DNA from: an uncultured cyanobacterium
GTDB lineage: Bacteria > Cyanobacteriota > Cyanobacteriia > Cyanobacteriales > CAWCAG01
Direction: 5' to 3'
DNA length: 64,000 bases
NCBI GenBank assembly: GCA_963793425.1
Contig: CAWCAG010000007.1
Coordinates: 928,001 to 992,000 of the forward strand
In this document: piece by piece, positions 17,854 through 27,041 of the stretch
How the letters are laid out: each line of letters opens with the position of its first letter
How positions within the stretch are numbered: position 1 is the stretch's first letter
The notes under the pieces: model-generated
Databases searched by the model: none
What the model was told of the DNA's origin: nothing
The model's input: the letters and a program-made list of their open reading frames with translations, nothing else
Program-made: the position numbers and the translations under genes

Positions 17854-18927
17854 ATGAAATCTCCTAGATCCTTACCTTTCTGGACGAAAGTAGGATTAGC
17901 CTTCCCGGTATTATTTCTCAACGGCTGGCTATTTGTGATTGTTGTGGAATATTTTCGGTCGCTGATTACCGTTGGCATAATCGCAACTTTACTAGCTTTT
18001 GTTTTAAGCTACTTTGTCGAATGGCTAACCAGATTGAGAATGAAGCGCGATCGCGCAGTTTGGGCTACCATTGCTTTAACCTTAATTTTACTAGGAATTG
18101 CTGCTGTTACCATTGTTCCTTTGATTATTGAGCAACTCAACCAGTTAGTAGAGAGATTGCCTAGTTGGATTGAATCAGGAACACAACAACTGCAAACCCT
18201 TAATCAGCAGGCAGCTAGCCGTAAGCTACCCATAGATTTTACCGGCATCTCTACCCATCTACGGGAAAAGCTGGCAGAACAATTACAGTCTTTAACCGGA
18301 GAGATTCTCAGTTTTGTTTTAGGGACTGTAGATAGCTTGGTTAACTTACTCCTCACTATGGTTTTAACCTTTTACCTCCTGTTGCATGGAGATGAACTTT
18401 GGGAAGGTATTTGGCAATGGCTACCTCAATCCTGGAATTTAGAAGTACGTCCTTTGCTACGGCAGAATTTTCGTAACTATTATCTGGGGCAAGCCTCTTT
18501 AGCCGGATTGATTGGCATTTCTATTTCTTTGGCTTTTTTAGTTCTAAAAGTTCCTTTTGGTGTATTATTCGGCTTAGGAGTTGGTATCCTCGCCTTGTTT
18601 CCCTTTGGGGCTTTTTTAGGAATTTGTTTAGTGAGTTTGTTGGTAGCCCTTACTAGCTTTTGGTTAGGGGTTAGAGTCTTAATCGTCGCCATAATTATTG
18701 AACAAATTATGGAAAATGTCATTGCCCCACGGTTGTTAGGGGGATTCACTGGGCTTAATCCTGTATGGATTTTAGTTGCTTTGTTGATTGGTGCAAAAAT
18801 TGGTGGTCTTGTGGGACTGTTAATTGCAGTACCAATGGCGGGTTTTATTAAAAGCACAGCAACTGTTTGGCAAAGAGAAAGAAGAACCCACTCCGTAGGA
18901 GAAAAAGTTGACCTTGAGCAAGCATAA
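17854..18927 (+). CDS. AI-2E family (PerM-like) transporter
   Basis: Multi-TM; ENVIAPRLLG..GLNPVWILVALLIG..GGLVGLLIAVP. Confidence 0.9.
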   Translation: MKSPRSLPFWTKVGLAFPVLFLNGWLFVIVVEYFRSLITVGIIATLLAFVLSYFVEWLTRLRMKRDRAVWATIALTLILLGIAAVTIVPLIIEQLNQLVERLPSWIESGTQQLQTLNQQAASRKLPIDFTGISTHLREKLAEQLQSLTGEILSFVLGTVDSLVNLLLTMVLTFYLLLHGDELWEGIWQWLPQSWNLEVRPLLRQNFRNYYLGQASLAGLIGISISLAFLVLKVPFGVLFGLGVGILALFPFGAFLGICLVSLLVALTSFWLGVRVLIVAIIIEQIMENVIAPRLLGGFTGLNPVWILVALLIGAKIGGLVGLLIAVPMAGFIKSTATVWQRERRTHSVGEKVDLEQA

Positions 18928-19093
18928 ATCAAAAGCAAGAAAATTTCTACTTTTAGCGATCGCAAGCTTAGTAGTTACCCTTCTTGTAGCAGGGGCAATT
19001 TACTGGTATATCTATATTGCAGGTGCGCCCCAGTTAGATCCTCCCCAAGAAACTACCAAAAACACTGGGATGCAATTTGAGGTAGAAACTTAA
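18908..19093 (+). pseudogene. Probable N-terminal remnant of a membrane-anchored esterase-family protein
   Basis: TM anchor plus YIYIAGAPQLDPPQ, then an abrupt stop; family recalled from memory. Confidence 0.45.
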
Positions 19094-19177
19094 CAGTCCT
19101 CAAGATTTTGTTTCCCAAATACCTGTTAAGAATTTACTTAGATGCAGGGGCCGATGATAAAAAATATAATGTTTATG

Positions 19178-19474
19178 CTAATCAAATAAACCTTCTACTT
19201 TTTGCTTAAACGCGATCAAAGCATGGTTCCTAGGAAAATGTTTTAAATCTGTCAGTAATTGCTCAGATGTCTCTTCTGAAACAATAGTTTTGACTTCAAT
19301 ATTGGTATTATAACCCGCCATATCTCCCATCCGCCTACCATGACCACCTGCACCTTGGGCTGGAATAATCGTGTATCCAGAGACGCTTAGTGTTTGTAGT
19401 AACTTAATCAGGCGATCTTGTAAAACTGCTTCACAGATGATGGTTATGAGAATTCCTTCGTTTAAAGAAGACAT
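19178..19474 (-). CDS. P-II-like (SbtB/DUF190-type) protein
   Basis: LITIICEAVL, SGYTIIPAQGAGGHG, NIEVKTIVS. Confidence 0.8.
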   Translation of the reverse strand: MSSLNEGILITIICEAVLQDRLIKLLQTLSVSGYTIIPAQGAGGHGRRMGDMAGYNTNIEVKTIVSEETSEQLLTDLKHFPRNHALIAFKQKVEGLFD

Positions 19475-19810
19475 ATAAAACTCCGAAGATAGTTTTTAGA
19501 AATTAAACTTTATTTATAAAGCTCTTTGAGCATAGCTTGTTTTTGACTTGAGAAAAATTAAATTTACAAAAAAAAGGAATTGGTATTTTTGATGACTAGA
19601 AGAATTATTTAAAAATATAAATTTGGTAAGGGAGTGCAAAAGAATGTGCGAATACCAAAGTATATATAAGGTGATTCAACATTGATCAGTTACGATTAAT
19701 GACATAATAAAAGAAGAATTAGAGAAGAATTCACTCAAGTATTTTGACTAGAGAAATCAGCATTTTTCCATGGTGATAGCTAGTCTAGCAATTACCGTAC
19801 ATCAACGAAA

Positions 19811-20356
19811 ATGAACCCTATAGATCAACCAAAATATTTCTCTCAAGTAACTCCAGAAGAGTACCAACTGCTGCAACAACTGCGAGAACATAGCCCTGGT
19901 CAAAACCCTCCTAAACCTCGCTCAGGGAAAGGAGAGCGTCTAGCAGACAATTTTGCAGCTACTATGGGTTCTTGGCGCTTTATTATTATTCAAAGCGTGC
20001 TTTTATTCTTTTGGGTTGTTGCGAATATTGTTGCTTTTATTAAGCACTGGGACCCTTATCCTTTCATTCTCTTAAATTTGATGCTCTCTTTCCAAGCTGC
20101 CTATGCAGCCCCCATCATTATGATGAGTCAAAACCGCCAAGCAACTATTGACCGTCAGGAAGCTAAACACGATTACGAAGTTAACATGAAAGCTGAGCTA
20201 GAAATTGAGTTGTTGCACGATAAAATGAATGCTTTACGTTTAGAAGAAATAGTTGAATTGAAGAACTTGCTGTTGGCGCAAAAAGAGCAAATCAAAGGAC
20301 TTGAAGAGTTATTACAACAAAATTTATCGAGAAATAACTCTACCCTAGACTCCTAA
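19811..20356 (+). CDS. DUF1003 membrane protein
   Basis: GSWRFII, WDPYPFILLNLMLSFQAAYAAPIIMMSQNRQ. Confidence 0.92.
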   Translation: MNPIDQPKYFSQVTPEEYQLLQQLREHSPGQNPPKPRSGKGERLADNFAATMGSWRFIIIQSVLLFFWVVANIVAFIKHWDPYPFILLNLMLSFQAAYAAPIIMMSQNRQATIDRQEAKHDYEVNMKAELEIELLHDKMNALRLEEIVELKNLLLAQKEQIKGLEELLQQNLSRNNSTLDS

Positions 20357-20393
20357 AATAGAAATATCTATTAGCTGAGCATGATTAAATCCT

Positions 20394-22067
20394 ATGGGCG
20401 ATCGCAAAACTCAAAAAATAGGAGTTTATTTAGCTGCATTCCTAACCGCTTTAGTAGGAATTGTTAACCTGCTTTCTTCTGTCACTCCTAGCTTGCATGA
20501 TAGAGCAATGTGGCTTAGAGAGATTTTTCCTTTGGAAGTGCGGGCTAGCGGTCACATTTTTGCTGCCTTGAGTGGTTTTTTTCTCCTTGCCTTAGCCACT
20601 AATTTGCTACGACGCAAACGAGTAGCTTGGTTACTCACTGTTGTCCTTTTAGTTGTTTCCATTATCTCTCACTTACTCAAAGGCTTGGATTGGGAAGAAA
20701 GTCTACTTTCCGTTGTCTTACTGTTGCAACTGCTTGTCATGCGCCCTGTATTTACTGCCCGCTCCGATCCACCTTCAATTGCCCAAGGAGTCAGGCTTTT
20801 AATCGGTGCATTACTTTTCACTTTAGCTTACGGTACAGCAGGGTTCTTTCTGCTAGACCGCTACTACAACGTTAATTTTAATTTGCCTGGTGCAATTCTG
20901 CAAACCTTGGCAATGTTTTTCACCTTTGATAATGCTGGGCTACAAGCAACTACACGCTTCGGACGCTTCTTTGCTAATTCTGTTTATCTTGTGGGGGGGA
21001 TCTCTGGGTTAACGGCTTTATTCATGCTGCTGCGTCCAGTCTTATTAAGGGGTTCGGTGGCTTCAAGCCAAGAAAGAAAACGAGCAGAGGCGATTGTTGC
21101 AGACTACGGACACTCTTCTTTAGCTCGGTTTACTTTGTTTGCTGACAAAGCTTACTATTTCAGTCCTTCAGGACGGAGTTTTCTTGCTTATGTACCCAAG
21201 GGCAGAGGTGCAATTGCTTTAGGAGATGCAATTGGGCCAAAGGAAGATCGCCAAGAAATAATCATCAGCTTCCGGGAGTTTTGTCAGCGCAACGATTGGT
21301 ATCCGGCTTTTTACCAAACCTTACCAGAGGATCTAGAAATCTACCAATCTTTAGGCTTTAAAGTATTAACCATTGGTGAGGAAGCCATTGTTGATCTGAA
21401 AACTTTTACCTTGCAAGGTAAACCAGGCAAAAACCTCCGGACAATTATGAATCGTTTTGCGAAGTTGAAATATGAGGTCAATTTCTACCAACCTCCTATC
21501 TCTGACAAATTACTGCAAAAGCTGCGCGTTATTAGTGATGAGTGGTTGAAAGTGATGCAGGGAGCAGAAAAACAGTTTTCTCTTGGTTGGTTTGATGATG
21601 AATATTTAAGAGACTGTGAAATTGCTACTGTCCAGAAAGCAGAGGGAGAAATAACTGCTTTTGCTAATGTTGTGCCTGAGTATCAGTTAAATGAAATTAC
21701 CATCGACTTGATGCGTAAGCGGACAGAGGTGGAATCTGGCACTATGGATTTTCTCTTTATTTCCCTATTTCAGCATTTTAAAGAACAGGGCTACGATAGC
21801 TTTAATTTAGGTTTGTCAGCACTTTCTGGGGTTGGTGAACAGACAGAATCCCCACGCTTGGAAAAAGCCTTACATTATCTCTACGAACACTTAAACCAAT
21901 TTTATAACTTTCAGGGCTTGCATACATTTAAAGAGAAATTCCATCCCCGCTGGGAACCTCGCTATTTGGTTTATCCTAGTGCAGCAGCTTTGCCAGAAGT
22001 AGTTGTCGCTTTAATAAGAGCAGATTCAGGGGATCGCTTACTAGATTACTTTAAACCAGGTAATTAA
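20394..22067 (+). CDS. Aminoacyl-phosphatidylglycerol synthase domain protein (MprF-like, DUF2156)
   Basis: TM region then ALGDAIG, IGEEAIVDL, EKQFSLG, IDLMR, GTMDFLF, YNFQGLHTFKEKFHPRWEPRYL. Confidence 0.9.
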   Translation: MGDRKTQKIGVYLAAFLTALVGIVNLLSSVTPSLHDRAMWLREIFPLEVRASGHIFAALSGFFLLALATNLLRRKRVAWLLTVVLLVVSIISHLLKGLDWEESLLSVVLLLQLLVMRPVFTARSDPPSIAQGVRLLIGALLFTLAYGTAGFFLLDRYYNVNFNLPGAILQTLAMFFTFDNAGLQATTRFGRFFANSVYLVGGISGLTALFMLLRPVLLRGSVASSQERKRAEAIVADYGHSSLARFTLFADKAYYFSPSGRSFLAYVPKGRGAIALGDAIGPKEDRQEIIISFREFCQRNDWYPAFYQTLPEDLEIYQSLGFKVLTIGEEAIVDLKTFTLQGKPGKNLRTIMNRFAKLKYEVNFYQPPISDKLLQKLRVISDEWLKVMQGAEKQFSLGWFDDEYLRDCEIATVQKAEGEITAFANVVPEYQLNEITIDLMRKRTEVESGTMDFLFISLFQHFKEQGYDSFNLGLSALSGVGEQTESPRLEKALHYLYEHLNQFYNFQGLHTFKEKFHPRWEPRYLVYPSAAALPEVVVALIRADSGDRLLDYFKPGN

Positions 22068-22302
22068 TCAGTCTATAAAAATGACTTAACCTATCCCTCT
22101 TCTGTCAATCTCCGGAAACAAAAGTCATTTCTAAATTCTGGAGCTTTTGTATAGTATGCGATCGCAATATTTTTTCTTCCTAAAAATTCTTGCAAGCAGC
22201 AAAATTGCCAAAATTCGATTATTGCACTCTGCATTCCCTAGTATATCATTTGTCCAGGAAGTTCAAATAATAGGAAAAATCGGAATCTGACAGAAGAGGG
22301 CT

Positions 22303-23046
22303 ATGCCCCCATCAGAAACCGCCAATCAACCGCAGCGCCCACCGCGAAATAGCCGCCCCCTGTCAGAAATCCTCTCAGTGCTGCTGGGATTTATTCTCTT
22401 TGGGCTTTCTATTTGGACAATCGCTCAAGAATTTCGCAAATATCATCCCCGCAAAGTGTGGCACAGTCTGGATGCCATCGCCCCTGAATATCTATTGTTG
22501 GCTGTAGGACGAACAGCACTCAACTATTTGATGCTAACTGGCTATGATAGCCTAGCGGTAAGGTATGTTCGTCGTCGACTTAACTATGGCAAAATTGCCC
22601 TAGTAAGTATTATTAGCTACGCCATCAGCAACAGCGTCGGTTTTGCCCTACTCAGTGGTAGCGCCATTCGCTATCGATTTTATACTCAGTGGGGGTTTTC
22701 TAAGATTGAGATTTCCCTGGCTCAAATTGCTGTCACCTCTTGCGACTGGACTCTAGCAGCAGGAGTTCTCTACCTCTTGTTGCCAACGCCCACACCGCTC
22801 TCCTTTCCAGGCTTTTTTGGTATTTACCTCCTGGCTCAGCTAGCTGGTATCATTAGCAATGTACCAGGTGGATTGGGAGTGTTTGAAACTGTATTGCTAT
22901 TCCTGCTATCACCCCCAGTAGATTCCGCCGCTCTTCTGGGGACTCTGCTAGCCTATCGTGGCATTTACTACTGTTTGCCGTTGCTTGTGAGTGTTCTATT
23001 GTGGGGTCTTTATGAAATGAGAGCTTATCTTTCCAAACGTGGCTAA
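22303..23046 (+). pseudogene. UPF0104/MprF flippase-domain protein with in-frame internal deletion
   Basis: GYD, SNSVGFALLSGSAIRYRFY, SNVPGGLGVFE, YRGIYY present; FSKIEI joins directly to SLAQIAVTSCDW, skipping central TM helices. Confidence 0.65.
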
Positions 23047-23087
23047 AGTTTTTTTACCGTATCGTTCGACAATATTTACTTCGGCAA

Positions 23088-24935
23088 ATGACTTTTTATT
23101 CTCAACTAAAGCACTGGCTACTAGGTCAACCTTTACCCACTAGCGCTTATGAAGAAGAGCGTTTAAGCAATGCTGCCGCCTTGGCGGTGTTATCTTCTGA
23201 TGCTCTTTCTTCCGTTGCCTATGCTACTGAGGAAATTCTTCTGGTTTTAGTATTGGCAGGAAGTGCTGCTATAAGTTTAGCTTTACCTATTGCGATCGCA
23301 ATAGTACTTCTTTTAGGAATCATCGCCCTATCCTATCGCCAGACTATTCGGGCCTATCCTAAAGGGGGTGGTGCTTATATCGTGGCCCGGGAAAACCTGG
23401 GGATTTATCCAGGGTTAATAGCGGCAGCTTCTTTAATGATTGATTACATTCTCACCGTGACAGTAAGTGTTTCGGCGGGTATTGCTGCTCTAATCTCTGC
23501 TATACCAGCTTTGCAGCCCTTGGCTGTAGAATTATGTTTAGGGCTAATTTTCCTCTTAATGGTGGCTAATTTAAGGGGATTGAGGTCTTCGGGTCAAATT
23601 TTTACTCTACCTACCTATGCTTTTATTTTCAGTATTTTAGTTTTGATTGTTGTAGGGATTTTCCGGCAAGCAACGGGGCAAGTCGTCCCAGTAGCAACGC
23701 AAATCGAAGCTACTACATCCTTGAGTCTTTTTTTCATCTGTCGTGCCTTCGCTGCGGGTTGCACCGCCTTAACAGGAGTAGAGGCAATTTCTGATGGAGT
23801 ATTAGCTTTCAAAGCTCCAGAATGGCAAAATGCCCGTCGAACTTTGCTGTATATGGTGGTAATTTTAGGAACTATGTTTCTTGGCATTACCTACCTCACC
23901 CGCATTTATCAAATTGTGCCGCAAACAGAAGAAACAGTACTTTCGGTGTTAGGGCGAGAGATTTTGGGTACTGGTTGGTTATACTACGGCTTGCAGGGGG
24001 CAACCCTCTTAATTTTGCTGCTAGCAGCTAATACCAGTTTCTCTGACTTTCCCCGCCTTTGCTACTTTCTCTCCCGCGATCACTTTCTCCCCAGACAGTT
24101 ATTATTGCTGGGCGATCGCTTGGTTTATTCCAATGGGATTATTCTCCTTAGTATTTGTGCTGCCTTCCTCGTGGTTATTTTCCAGGCACAAGTTAATGCC
24201 ATTATTCCTCTCTATGCTGTAGGAGTTTTTACCTCTTTTACCCTCTCTCAAGGGGGAATGGTACGCCACTGGTTTGTCGAACGAGGTTCAAGATGGTTAA
24301 TAAGTGCTGGGGTTAATGGTTTTGGTGCAATGATTACAGCTATTGTTTTAGGGATTATTGTTACGACTAAATTCTCTCAAGGGGCTTGGTTAGTAATTAT
24401 TGCTATTCCTTGTGTTGTCAGTTTGTTTTTAGCCATAAACCGCTATTATCAAAAGATGGAGAAATGTCTCAGCATTGTCGGAGTTGAACCCCGAAACTAT
24501 TCTCAAAGACCTAAAATAGAGGAAGTTACCCATCCTGCCGTAGTTTTTGTAGGACAATTACACCAAGGCACTCTGCAAGCCCTCAATTATGCTCGTTCTA
24601 TTGCTGATGAAATTGTGGCTGTTCATGTGGATCTTGGCGAGGCTGATAGAGAAGCCTTAAAGCAACAATGGCAACAACTTGAGTCAGATATTCCCCTGGT
24701 GATTCTCGACTCTCCTTATCGTTCTGTGGTTGCCCCTTTAAGCGAATTTGTTGCTCAACATCTGGGGGGATTTTCTACCATAATCATTCCCGTATTTGTG
24801 ACTCGCCATTGGTGGGAAGATTTGTTACATAACCACACCGCTTTGTTTCTGCGTCAATCCCTTCGTACCAAACACTCGCCTCATCTGGGCTATTTTTCTC
24901 ACTATTTGTGGCTATACAGTCATGACAGAGTATGA
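23088..24935 (+). CDS. APC-family permease, KimA/YdaO-like K+ transporter; extreme C-terminus replaced
   Basis: SSDALSSVAYATEE, YPKGGGAY, TGVEAISDG, AANTSFSDFPRL, PLYAVGVF, SPYRS, WWEDLLHNHT. Confidence 0.85.
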   Translation: MTFYSQLKHWLLGQPLPTSAYEEERLSNAAALAVLSSDALSSVAYATEEILLVLVLAGSAAISLALPIAIAIVLLLGIIALSYRQTIRAYPKGGGAYIVARENLGIYPGLIAAASLMIDYILTVTVSVSAGIAALISAIPALQPLAVELCLGLIFLLMVANLRGLRSSGQIFTLPTYAFIFSILVLIVVGIFRQATGQVVPVATQIEATTSLSLFFICRAFAAGCTALTGVEAISDGVLAFKAPEWQNARRTLLYMVVILGTMFLGITYLTRIYQIVPQTEETVLSVLGREILGTGWLYYGLQGATLLILLLAANTSFSDFPRLCYFLSRDHFLPRQLLLLGDRLVYSNGIILLSICAAFLVVIFQAQVNAIIPLYAVGVFTSFTLSQGGMVRHWFVERGSRWLISAGVNGFGAMITAIVLGIIVTTKFSQGAWLVIIAIPCVVSLFLAINRYYQKMEKCLSIVGVEPRNYSQRPKIEEVTHPAVVFVGQLHQGTLQALNYARSIADEIVAVHVDLGEADREALKQQWQQLESDIPLVILDSPYRSVVAPLSEFVAQHLGGFSTIIIPVFVTRHWWEDLLHNHTALFLRQSLRTKHSPHLGYFSHYLWLYSHDRV

Positions 24936-25242
24936 CACTTTAGCAGCAACCTACATTCGCCATCGGCTTTCTTACCAGAAAACGGCCCTTGCAGCTTTTA
25001 TTACCATTGCCATTAGCAACACCGTAGGCTTAGCTTTGCTTAGTGGTAGTGCGATCCGCTATCGTCTCTACACAGCTTGGGGTTTATCAAAAGCCGTGGC
25101 AAGGCTTTGCAGTGGAAAAAATCAGTTTTTCTAGTTCCCTCTCCCAGACTTGCTGCTACTCAAATACTTATTTCTTCCCTAGATTGGGCTATGGCTGCGG
25201 GAGTTCTTTTTTTACTCTTAAATACTTATTCCCAATTATCAT
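24874..25242 (+). pseudogene. Fragments of a second UPF0104 flippase paralogue
   Basis: ..GYTVMTEYDTLA..ISNTVGLALLSGSAIRYRLYTAWGLSK, then in another frame PSPRLAATQILISSLDWAMAAGVLFLLL; no start or end. Confidence 0.8.
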
Positions 25243-25351
25243 TAGAAATATCATCACCTAGAGGCGGCCCGTCACCGATAAACAAAACTAATGGAGTCGC
25301 CTTATAAAGCCCACATAATCAACAAATTGGAGCTAAATTCCTCACCAAATA

Positions 25352-25416
25352 GTAACTTTAGTTACAGAATTCCCTACAGAATTATTTGTTGCATTACAAT
25401 TATGCAGGAAGGGCAT
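25352..25416 (-). promoter_or_regulatory. NtcA box plus NtcB-type LysR motif (nirA-like promoter)
   Basis: GTA-actttagt-TAC 25352-25365; ATGC-N7-GCAT (AT-N11-AT) 25402-25416; centres ~50 bp apart. Confidence 0.6.
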
Positions 25417-25612
25417 TATAAAACTTGTTAAAAACAGCAAACTTTGCTCACACTAGAAGTTAAGTATTCAAAACCTCAAGCATCTTGACTAAATTTATTT
25501 GCAATTAGCCATTAACAAAAATCAAAGGGGTTGCTTATTCATTTTGGGCTAATTATATACAGAAGGGAATACATTACCAGCAAACTAACTATCAAAGTGC
25601 AGACATAAAATT

Positions 25613-26875
25613 ATGCCAACTATTTTAGAACAAGCTAGTTTAACTGTCGAAACTAAAAATTGGGCTTTGGTTAATCACTATTTGCAACAATTACCCCTGG
25701 AAAGAAAGAAACCTCAGTTAATTAAACTAAGTGAGCCTGAATTAAACGAAGCAATTAATATAGCGCTACGGGTTTTAAGAGAAAGTAACTTTCAACAACG
25801 TTGGGAAGTAGCTAAAACCTTTCCTAAACTAGGAACAAAAACGATTGAGCCTTTATTAGAAATACTACACAACGAGACAGAAAATTGGGAGACTCGTTGG
25901 TTCGCGATTAATATTTTAGGTAGGTATAGTGACCCTAAAGTTGTCATTGCCTTAATAGAATTACTTCACAACAGTGATGATGAGGAACTATTAGAACCAG
26001 TAACTGAAGCTTTAATTAATATTGGTAGCCCAGCCATAAAAGCTTTAAGTGAATTATTATTAGAAGAAGAGTTTCGCCTCTTAGCAGTGCGTTCCCTCGC
26101 TTATATTCGCCGCTCAGAAACTATTCAACCTTTGCTAACAGTAATAAACGACCCAAAGCCAGAAATAAGAGCGATTGCCATAGAAGCATTGGGTAGTTTT
26201 CATAACCCTCAAATACCACCAATTTTAATTCAAGCACTGCAAGATGAAACAGCACAAGTTAGGAAAGAAGCCGTTAAAGCTTTGGGAATTCGTGCTAAAC
26301 AACTCAGCCAATTTGATTTAGTTAAATATCTAAGTCCTTTACTTTATGATCTTTCTTGGGAAGTCTGTAAACAAACTGCGATCGCACTAGGAAGATTAGG
26401 CAACGAAGCAGCAGGGAAAGCTTTATTTGAGGTTTTTCAGTCTCCTACTACTCCAGACTTGCTGAAAATAGATATTGTTCGGGCTTTAGGTTGGATTGCC
26501 ACAGAAAAAGTATTAGCTTATTTTCAACAAGCATTAAATCAAAGTGGAGTGTCCGTTTGTCAGGAAATTATTGTCACTTTAGGGCGCATATCTAAACCAG
26601 AATTAAAACCTCAAGCTGCCAGAATACTTGTTCACTTCTTTTACTCTCAACAAAGTTATATTGAGCAACCCTTAATTAAGCAAACCTTAACAACATCTTT
26701 AGGATTTTTAGGAGAAAAAAGTGCAATCACACTATTAACTAAATTGTGCCAAGATCCAGAACAAGCCACACGGTTACACGCCATAGCTGCTCTGAAGAAA
26801 ATTCCTCAATCCTCCCAAGATTTACTTTCAGCAGAAAGCCTCCCGCCTCGAATTTCCAGTGCTTTCATCCCATAA
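25613..26875 (+). CDS. nirB: HEAT-repeat protein, NirB-like
   Basis: PBS-lyase HEAT repeats; FQQRWEVAK; synteny with ntcB and cnaT. Confidence 0.7.
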   Translation: MPTILEQASLTVETKNWALVNHYLQQLPLERKKPQLIKLSEPELNEAINIALRVLRESNFQQRWEVAKTFPKLGTKTIEPLLEILHNETENWETRWFAINILGRYSDPKVVIALIELLHNSDDEELLEPVTEALINIGSPAIKALSELLLEEEFRLLAVRSLAYIRRSETIQPLLTVINDPKPEIRAIAIEALGSFHNPQIPPILIQALQDETAQVRKEAVKALGIRAKQLSQFDLVKYLSPLLYDLSWEVCKQTAIALGRLGNEAAGKALFEVFQSPTTPDLLKIDIVRALGWIATEKVLAYFQQALNQSGVSVCQEIIVTLGRISKPELKPQAARILVHFFYSQQSYIEQPLIKQTLTTSLGFLGEKSAITLLTKLCQDPEQATRLHAIAALKKIPQSSQDLLSAESLPPRISSAFIP

Positions 26876-26941
26876 TTTCCTAATTAAAATTGTTTATTTT
26901 GTATAATTGTATGCACTAATCGCATCATACTCTAGGTTAAT

Positions 26942-26983
26942 GTAGCCAAGAATACAAATTATTTTTGGGTATGTATTTAACTT
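26942..26983 (+). promoter_or_regulatory. Class II NtcA-activated promoter of the porin
   Basis: GTA-gccaagaa-TAC 26942-26955, 22 nt, TAACTT 26978-26983. Confidence 0.75.
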
Positions 26984-27041
26984 CTTTAAGTAACTAAGCA
27001 TAGTAGAATCCCTGAAGCTTCATCTATGCCTAAAAAATGAA

